DNA from: Rhodosorus marinus CCMP1338
Lineage: Eukaryota > Plantae > Rhodophyta
DNA length: 64,000 bases
NCBI GenBank assembly: GCA_029953675.1
Contig: JAMWBK010000005.1
Coordinates: 62,001 to 126,000 of the forward strand
Direction: 5' to 3'
Shown: piece by piece, positions 57,001-64,000 of the stretch
Layout of the letters: each line of letters opens with the position of its first letter
Numbering within the stretch: the first letter of the stretch is position 1
The notes under the pieces: generated by a model
Told to the model about the DNA's origin: nothing
The model's input: only the letters and a program-made list of their open reading frames with translations
Databases searched by the model: none
Made by a program: the position numbers and the translations under genes

Positions 57001-59398
57001 TGCTCAAAGTGGGAAGTGCGGTTCCCCAGGCCCCTACTGCGGCTGCAGGTTGGACCACAACACGATTGCAGAGGCCCAGTCCCGCCAATCGCAATGGGAG
57101 GCCTACCTGGGCGCGCACAACATCACAGGTGGGTCGCGGCAGAGCGCTCAGCTCTTCATCGAGAAAATACCCCAGGTCACGGAAACTTTCAGCATCCGCA
57201 CGAGTGGCCAACCACCGGCCCCAATGAGTTGGAAGTGAGCGAAGCCAATAGGTTAACCGCTGACTGCAACAATACCGAAACAGCAACAACGAGCACTGGA
57301 GAAAGCCCGGAGGTAGCCGTCGAAGCTCTGCAACCAGCTGTCTGTGCTTACCGAGGAGCTGCAGCAACTCGCCTTCAACGAAGGACGGCGACCCGTAGGG
57401 GATGCCCAAGTGGACAAAACCATCCGGTCTCCAAATATACAACTGGGTATTGGAGTAAGTGGCGGGTGCGAACGCTCCCTTCACGCGATCCAGGCCCATT
57501 TGTCATGCGAACCCGATTCGGTGGTCCTTCGCCTAGACCTTGAGAATGCCTTTAATCGCATCGACCGACGCCTTGCCAAGCAACTGGTGGACGAACACTT
57601 GCCGGAGCTTGCACAAGTGTATAGACTTGGATATGGAAGCGACAACGCGGACTCACCGACGCTCTGTGGCTGGCGATCTTCCCCTGGACAGAACGAAACC
57701 GACACCTCTCGCCTGACTCTCCAAGCAACTACAGGAGTCCAACAGGGAGATCCACTGGGGCCGGTGCTACATGCACTATCCCTGGCGCCCTTTCTAAGAG
57801 CGTTGCGAGCCAAGTTCCCCAACGAAACGATTGTTGCTATCCACGACGATATCACGATTGTCGGGTCGCTACAAGCCGTGAAGGCGTCCCTGGCATGGGC
57901 AAAAACTGTGCTCCCCTCTCTTGAAGCACGCCTGCAACTCGGCAAGTGCACTGTGTACGGGCGAACACTGACTACCACGCGAGTGGTCAACCATGAGATT
58001 CCTGGAGTGCAAGTGACCAGAGACGGAGTCACCATCCACTCGATACCGATAGGCAGCCGAGAATATATCGAACAGGAGTGCCGGGGGTTGCAAAATAAGC
58101 ATGAGAAACTCTTTGAGGAAATCGCCAAGCTCCCACAACCGGAGCTTACGACGCAAATTGCCCTCTTCAGGTTCTGTGCAGAAACGCGACTAGACTATGT
58201 GCTACGATGCTTCGCATACGAGTTTGGAAGAAATCTGGCACGCGAGGCCGACGTGATGACCAGATATCACCTTGAAATTCTATTCGGAGGCCTCGCTACG
58301 ACAGCTGTAGAGGACGATGAGTACGCAGAGCTGATCTCGGACCAAATCGCTCTGCCCTGCCGCTGGGGAGGTTTGGGTTTCGGTACTCGAAAGCGCGTCC
58401 AACCCATCGCGTTTTACTCGTCATGGAGAAACACCTTCCGGAACAATGAAGATGAATGGCCATACCTGACTGAACTAGAGCGGGAGGTTACGGCAGAACG
58501 CTCACCAGACACATACGAGCCGATGGATCAACGATGGTCGACTGCACAGCTGGCGGACCAGATCTGTGCATCGTCGCGAGCAATACAACGTAGGCTCGGA
58601 CCAGAAACCCCTCCGCGGATCTTGGCACTGACAACCCTGCAACAACCGCGAGAAACATGTCTTCGAAGCGCCCCGGGCGAGACTGCAGCTTGGAATAATG
58701 GTTCAATACAACAAACCCTCTCTCGAGAGGAACACCATTGTGCATTCCAAATGCTGTGGCAACGTAGGCATGACGAAATCTGCAGAGAGCTGGCACGGTG
58801 GCTAAGGCGATGGAACTTCATGGACGTACAGCAAGAACCTGAGGGGTACTTCGAGAACTACGGACTGCGATCTGATATCGTTGCTAGGCATCCGAGGACC
58901 AAACAAAGGTATGCGCTGGATGTGACGGTGGTGTCACCATTACAGGGAAAATATTTGCGGAGGAGCCAAGATGATAGCGGATACGCGGCGAGAGCTGCGG
59001 AGAAGTGGAAAATCGCTCACTACAAGGAAGCGATGGTGATCGAGAAACCGGATGATAAGTTCATCCCGATAGCGATAGAGACGTTTGGGCGTACGGGGCA
59101 AATGGCACAAGAGTTCCTCCGCGACAGCTGCAAACACCTACTGCACAGGAGTGAGGAGCTGAGAGACGTGAGATCCCAGATAAACCGGCAACTATGGCGA
59201 GGTAACGCAGAGATAGCATTAGGCGCTTTGCGCGTGGACCAGCTGGAGAATCCGCTGGTGCCTGTTTTTTCTTTTGAACGTAGCATGAGACCCCGGTAGC
59301 GGGGTTCCAGTAAGTTTTTCCCTAGATAGGATTAGACGTAGTGTTGCGCTGCAGTAGGCAGCTGCCCAGTAAAGCTTACCGTTACGTTAGTCTGGGGT
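54007..59398 (+). mobile_element. Family B (subfamily B2) ORF2 and 3' end, interrupted by A (55080-57437), with an internal deletion near 58752
   Basis: ORF2 start at 54055 (TAATG). RT continues ...LVPLQ|LGIGVSGGCE across the insertion. Ends in RLE and tail. Confidence 0.9.
55080..57437 (-). mobile_element. 5'-truncated family A with tacaac TSD, itself interrupted by a family C dimer (56184-56865)
   Basis: tacaac at 55074-55079 and 57438-57443; cggggagact at 56174-56183 and 56866-56875. Confidence 0.92.
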
Positions 59399-59399
59399 A

Positions 59400-62300
59400 A
59401 CCCCAGACTAACGTAACACCGGCCCCAGTGGATCTCCCTGTTGGACTCCTATAGCTGCTTGGAGAGTCAGGCGAGAGGTGTCGGTTTCGTTGTACACGAA
59501 TCAACGCCACTTGCGCCTGTTGAGTTGCACCTTGGAGGTGTTCCGCGCGGAGACCGCTGGGTCCTGGGCTCTTGCCCTAAGGAAGACGTGCCACGATCCA
59601 CATGAGGCCCTCGTCGGCCGCTTTTCTTGAATCCCACCGCCGCTTAATTGTTTCGGTATTCAGAGCGAGCAAAGATTCCAGGGCTTGTGCAATCTCGTCT
59701 GGTAAGTCACCTTCCGCCGGATCGGGAAAGAGCGCTTGTAGTTGTCTCCACGTAGCCGCGGTAAAAGGTGCCATTTCGGTGGCCTGTAGGCTCCGAGCTA
59801 CATCTGAAAGGCGGCCAAGGTGTGCTAGTTACATCTAAAGTCCAGTTACATCTTCACGCCTTGCGTAGCGCTTCAGGCTATGCTAGTAAAGTCCAGTTTC
59901 AACGCCCGCCGCCGGGGGGCCGCGGCTTCAGCCCTTCGAAGAGTTAAGGAACGACGGTATGCTGAGAGCATGGCCAGTCTGCCTTGCGCTGAGGGTCGCT
60001 CTCACCGGTTCCACCCATTCATTGTGGAAAGCTTTGGTCACGTGGATAAGTCGGGTTTAAAGTGGTTGCGGAAATGTTTTGCTGAGCATCCTACTGAATA
60101 TTTGGCGCTCTTGAGGCGTTTAAGTGTCTCCCTTTGGCGATATTCCAGCGACATGCTTTCCGAGGCGCGCCATCGGCGCCTGGGGTTGCATACTTCCCTC
60201 CCTAGTTATTAGTTCATCTTCACGCCTTGCGTAGCGCTTCAGGCTATGCTAGTAAAGTCCAGTTTCAACGCTAGTAAAGTCCAGTTTCAACGCTCGCTTG
60301 TGGCGCCCGAGATGTTGGCGTCGAACCGCTTCAGCTCCTTGCGGTGCGGTAGTATGCGACAGCATAGACGCCTTGTCCTCTAGGGCGCTCCAGACCGTAG
60401 AGAATTCTCCTTCAAGCACATGCGATACCTGAATGCCAACATCAAGTGCAGAGTGTCCAAGGACAAGGCCAGGGAAGTCCTACAAGAAGCAGGCTGGCGT
60501 TTGCTGGTGCGGTGCTGTCCATAGAGAGCTCCAACCATTCATTCATTCATTCAATGCAGCACGGAAGAGGCAGCTCCATGTGTGAACCTGGGCGCGTGGC
60601 ACAAATCGCCGTGTGGGAACCGGGCAGTGTGTAAGGCGCGTCCACTGCCTGCCTCCTTCCGTGACGTCGTCGACGAAGACGCTCCACCGCCTGATCCAGT
60701 CTTGACGATCCGAGAAGAATAGAGGCTCTTCGCGGCGTCGTTTGATTCCCCTACGTCTGCTCGGCATTATTGCGCTGGGTTTTCCTGGCTCTCCTGCGTG
60801 TCCATCGCGTGATGGTTGCCGTCAAGGGCAACCTGTGTCACAGTGGTATCCTGTGGAGTTTCCACGGCTGCCGGAGTCATCTCAGTATCCGGTCCGGTGC
60901 CATCGGCGGATACTCGCGAGCGCTTCTGTTGAGGTGGCTCCGGAAGGTTGCAGAGGAGCTCCGCATGGGGATTGTCCTCGTGTGCTGTGTTCTTAGGTAC
61001 TTGGGAAGTCGCGCTGGTCTCAACCGGGGCGTCAACTGTCCCACGGTCTGCCTGTACATCCCCTGGAAGGGGCGAGGCTTCAGGGTCTGCGTTCGAAGCG
61101 GCTGCAGGCCCAGGGGGTTCCGCGCACTCCCCGGGTACCTCAGGCGGATGTTGTCTGGCTTTTAGGACTTTACTAGCATAGCCTGAAGCGCTACGCAAGG
61201 CGTGAAGATGCTATCTTCAAGAGCTCTAGTCGTCCCTCCAGATACTCGTAGAGCGCTGCGAGAGTGTGGAAGGAGAGTTGTCGCCTGCGGATCCTCGAAC
61301 GAATGCGGATAAGCTGCTCGATGGCCCGCTTCAGCGTTTGGGCAGCGATATCCCCGGGAGCGATGGTCTGCCGTTCGAGGTAACCGTAAGCTTTACTGGG
61401 CAGCTGCCTACTGCAGCGCAACACTACGTCTAATCCTAACCCAGAAGGTTGTCTGGGTCCAGCGCCTGGCCAGTGTAAAGGCTTACTTGTCGATCGGCGT
61501 GTCGTTGTGTGAAGGATCCGAAAATCCCAGTCCGGAAAACTCCTCGGGAGATGCACTTTGGAGAATCGGAATTGCGTCTGGATGGCACAGCAGGCAGGCA
61601 TGGGAGGCAATAAAGTCCACATGCACCACATACGAGCTGGGAATACCAAGTGCTCTGCAAAGAACCGTTTCAAAGTCCGCAGGGGCCACCTCATCCAGCC
61701 TTGGGGGTCGGACATTCCGTAGCGTCGCGAGGACTGGAGCAACATCGGGTCCCCAGCCAGACCCCCCGACCGTAGCGTGCACTTGCCGCAGGGCAGCCTG
61801 CTGGGTTTGGGGTCCGGGGCGTCCAAAAGTTCTGGAACGAGCATCTCCTCCTCTCCCTGGTTCTTTCTGAGCTGCAAACTCGGCGAAGGTTGGCCTTGTA
61901 GGGCCCTCCCCGATGGCTGGGAATGCCTCCGCATAGTGTCCTAGATCCCGGACACCTGTCCCTCCCTGGGGCGCAGGGAGCCGGGTTCCTAAATCATGGA
62001 CGTCATAACTTCCTGGCAGTCGACCGTTACGGTAACCGGTTTCGGGGGCGAGGTGGTTGCCTACGGCCTGGCGCGGGAGATCATGCGGAGATGGTGCAGA
62101 ATTCGTAGTAGCGGCTCCACCTTCCCACATACCCGGTTTCCGGGACAACTCCGTAAGGCGTCCGGTGACGCCTTGCAGCTCTTGCGAGCTGTTGACTCGC
62201 GAGTACAGTTGAAAAACTGCTTTGTAGAAGTCTGTAATTTCGGACGCAGCGATGCCCAGGTCCTGGTAGCATCTGTCGAAGCTACGCAGTTGATGCAAGA

Positions 62301-62545
62301 ATGTGGCTACCGGGTCGGTTGCGGCTGCAGACTCGGTCCGCGTTCTTGCTTGAACATGGCCTGCTTGTGGTTCCGTCGGTGCCTCCTGCACGTCGCCATC
62401 AGACTGGTGCTGGTGCCTTTGCAAAACTGCCCGGGTGCCCGAGGGGTCCGGGCCGTGAATGACAAGAGGTTCGGGGTACGGGCCGCGTACCTCCCTCACA
62501 ATCATCTTCGGACTCTCTTACGAACTTTTCCTTTTGTCTTCACGC
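59400..62545 (-). mobile_element. Family B2 copy with intact 5' region (ORF1 from 62505), internal deletions and C, A and B micro-insertions
   Basis: ORF1 pieces 61483..62505 and 60767..61198; ORF2 start at 60767; C inserts at about 59829-60290 and 61165-61210; B mini-copy 61381-61436. Confidence 0.85.
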
Positions 62546-63526
62546 CAGACTAACCCCAGACTAACGTCAGACTAACGTAACTGTAAGCTTTATTGGGCAG
62601 CCGCCTAACCGTGGTCCCAGACTAACGTAACCGTAAAATTTACTGGGCAGCTGCCTACTGCAGCGTATCAAACCCCAGATTAACGTAACGGTAAGCTTTA
62701 CTGGGCAGCTGCCTACTGCAGCGCAACACTACGTCTAATCCTATCTAGGGAAAAACTTACTGGAACCCCGCTACCGGGGTCTCATGCTACGTTCAAAAGA
62801 AAAAACAGGCACCAGCGGATTCTCCAACTGGTCCACGCGCAAAGCGCCTAGTGCTATCTCTGCGTTACCTCGCCATAGTTGCCGGTTTATCTGGGATCTC
62901 ACGTCTCTCAGCTCCTCACTCCTGTGCAGTAGGTGTTTGCAGCTGTCGCGGAGGAACTCTTGTGCTATTTGCCCCGTACGCCCAAACGTCTCTATCGCTA
63001 TCGGGATGAACTTGTCATCCGGTTTCTCGATCACCATCGCTTCCTTGTAGTGAGCGATTTTCCACTTCTCCGCAGCTCTCGCCGCGTATCCGCTATCATC
63101 TTGGCTCCGCCGCAAATATTTTCCCTGTAATGGTGACACCACAGTCACATCCAGCGCATACCTTTGTTTGGTCCTCGGATGCCTAGCAACGATATCAGGT
63201 CGCAGTCCGTAGTTCTCGAAGTACCCCTCAGGTTCTTGCTCTACTTCCATGAACTTCCATCGCCTCAGCCACCGTGCCAGCTCTCTGCAGATTTCGTCGT
63301 GCCTACGTTGCCACAGTCCAGTTGATGTTGGGCAGTGATGAAACCGTTGTACCCCAGTCCTTCCGTGTTTACTCCGGCAACTAGTGCACTTCTCGGTGGT
63401 CCGCAATCCCGGAATTGGCAGCCCCAGCAGTTGTCGACGTTTACCTGCATCTCAACCGCACTCAATTTTTTCGGTGTCAGCGTTGGTATTTCACGCAGCC
63501 AGACTCCCGACCCGGATCCCGCGGCG
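62546..63526 (-). mobile_element. Family B 3' fragment followed by two further short B 3' ends
   Basis: RLE ORF 62771..63406; tails at about 62672, 62616 and 62546-62580. Confidence 0.9.
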
Positions 63527-63730
63527 GGGGAGTAAAAGAGGTGCTCCGCAACAGAAAGCAGTGCAAGATCTGAGCAAAGCGCGGTAAACGGGCGTGGCAA
63601 GCCACTAAACAAACATAAACCCCTCCAGAAAAATATTTGTAACAAAAGCATCTAAAATTTAGATGCATCAAGTTGCTACACTTGATAGAACAGATACTAC
63701 ACTTGATCTTAGCCAAAAGGCCGAGAAGAT
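63527..63730 (-). ncRNA. U2: Full-length U2 snRNA copy (about 204 nt)
   Basis: ATCTTCTCGGCCTTTTGGCTAAGATCAAGTGTAGTATCTGTTCT is the conserved U2 5' end with the GUAGUA branch-pairing motif. Stems IIa and IIb, Sm-like site, GCTTGC stem III tip and TTGCACTG loop IV follow. Confidence 0.95.
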
Positions 63731-64000
63731 CCCCAGACTAACGTAACCGTAAACTTTACTGGGCAGCTGCCTACTGCAGCGTATCACTAGTGCTACTACT
63801 ATCTAGGGAAAAGCTTACGCTAACCCCGCTACCGGGGTCTCATGCTACATAAGAAAAAACTGGGACCAGTGGACCCTAGACTACTTTCTACGCTGCCTCG
63901 CCTACCCCTTTGGAAGAACACTTGCACGGGAAGCGGACGCCCGGACGCGTTATCACCTCGATACGCTATTTGGAGGCCTCACTACTACGGCCATCGAGGA
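63731..64000. mobile_element. Variant B 3' end (-, about 63731-63870) abutting U2, then a B1 RT fragment (+)
   Basis: ccccagactaacgtaac tail at 63731; ctagactactttctacgctgcc matches about 22800. Confidence 0.85.

Noticed and set aside
63527-63730. Utopia-type site-specific insertion into U2
   Set aside because: Utopia elements split U2 in its 5' region. Here U2 is uninterrupted and the retroelement follows its 3' end. The RT motifs look CRE-like.
1-64000. tRNA, rRNA, spliced-leader or other snRNA (U1, U4, U5, U6) sequences as targets or captured RNAs
   Set aside because: I saw no convincing signature by eye. A covariance-model scan is needed to exclude diverged copies.

Overview
Eukaryotic, repeat-rich window. 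Roughly two thirds is nested, mostly 5'-truncated non-LTR retrotransposons with RT plus a restriction-like endonuclease (RLE) domain and CRE-clade-like RT motifs. I separate them into families A, B, C and D (my labels; each has its own 3' UTR and tail), plus an orphan RT, E. There is also a decayed Ty3/gypsy pol with a chromodomain-like end. Four long single-ORF host genes sit among the repeats: two paralogous secreted Gly-rich/helical proteins of about 1,300 aa, an RTX-type Ca-binding repeat protein, and an NB-ARC protein with about 19 near-identical 44-aa ankyrin-like repeats. The intronless genes and protein types suggest an intron-poor alga, possibly a unicellular red alga (weak inference). 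Most striking: three U2 snRNA copies all end at the same nucleotide and run straight into retroelement sequence, one enclosed with it in a single 10-bp TSD, i.e. U2-retroelement chimeras. Each family also appears to insert at short motifs resembling its own 3' tail, giving self-nested chains and tail-only micro-insertions. Element boundaries were read by eye and are approximate.
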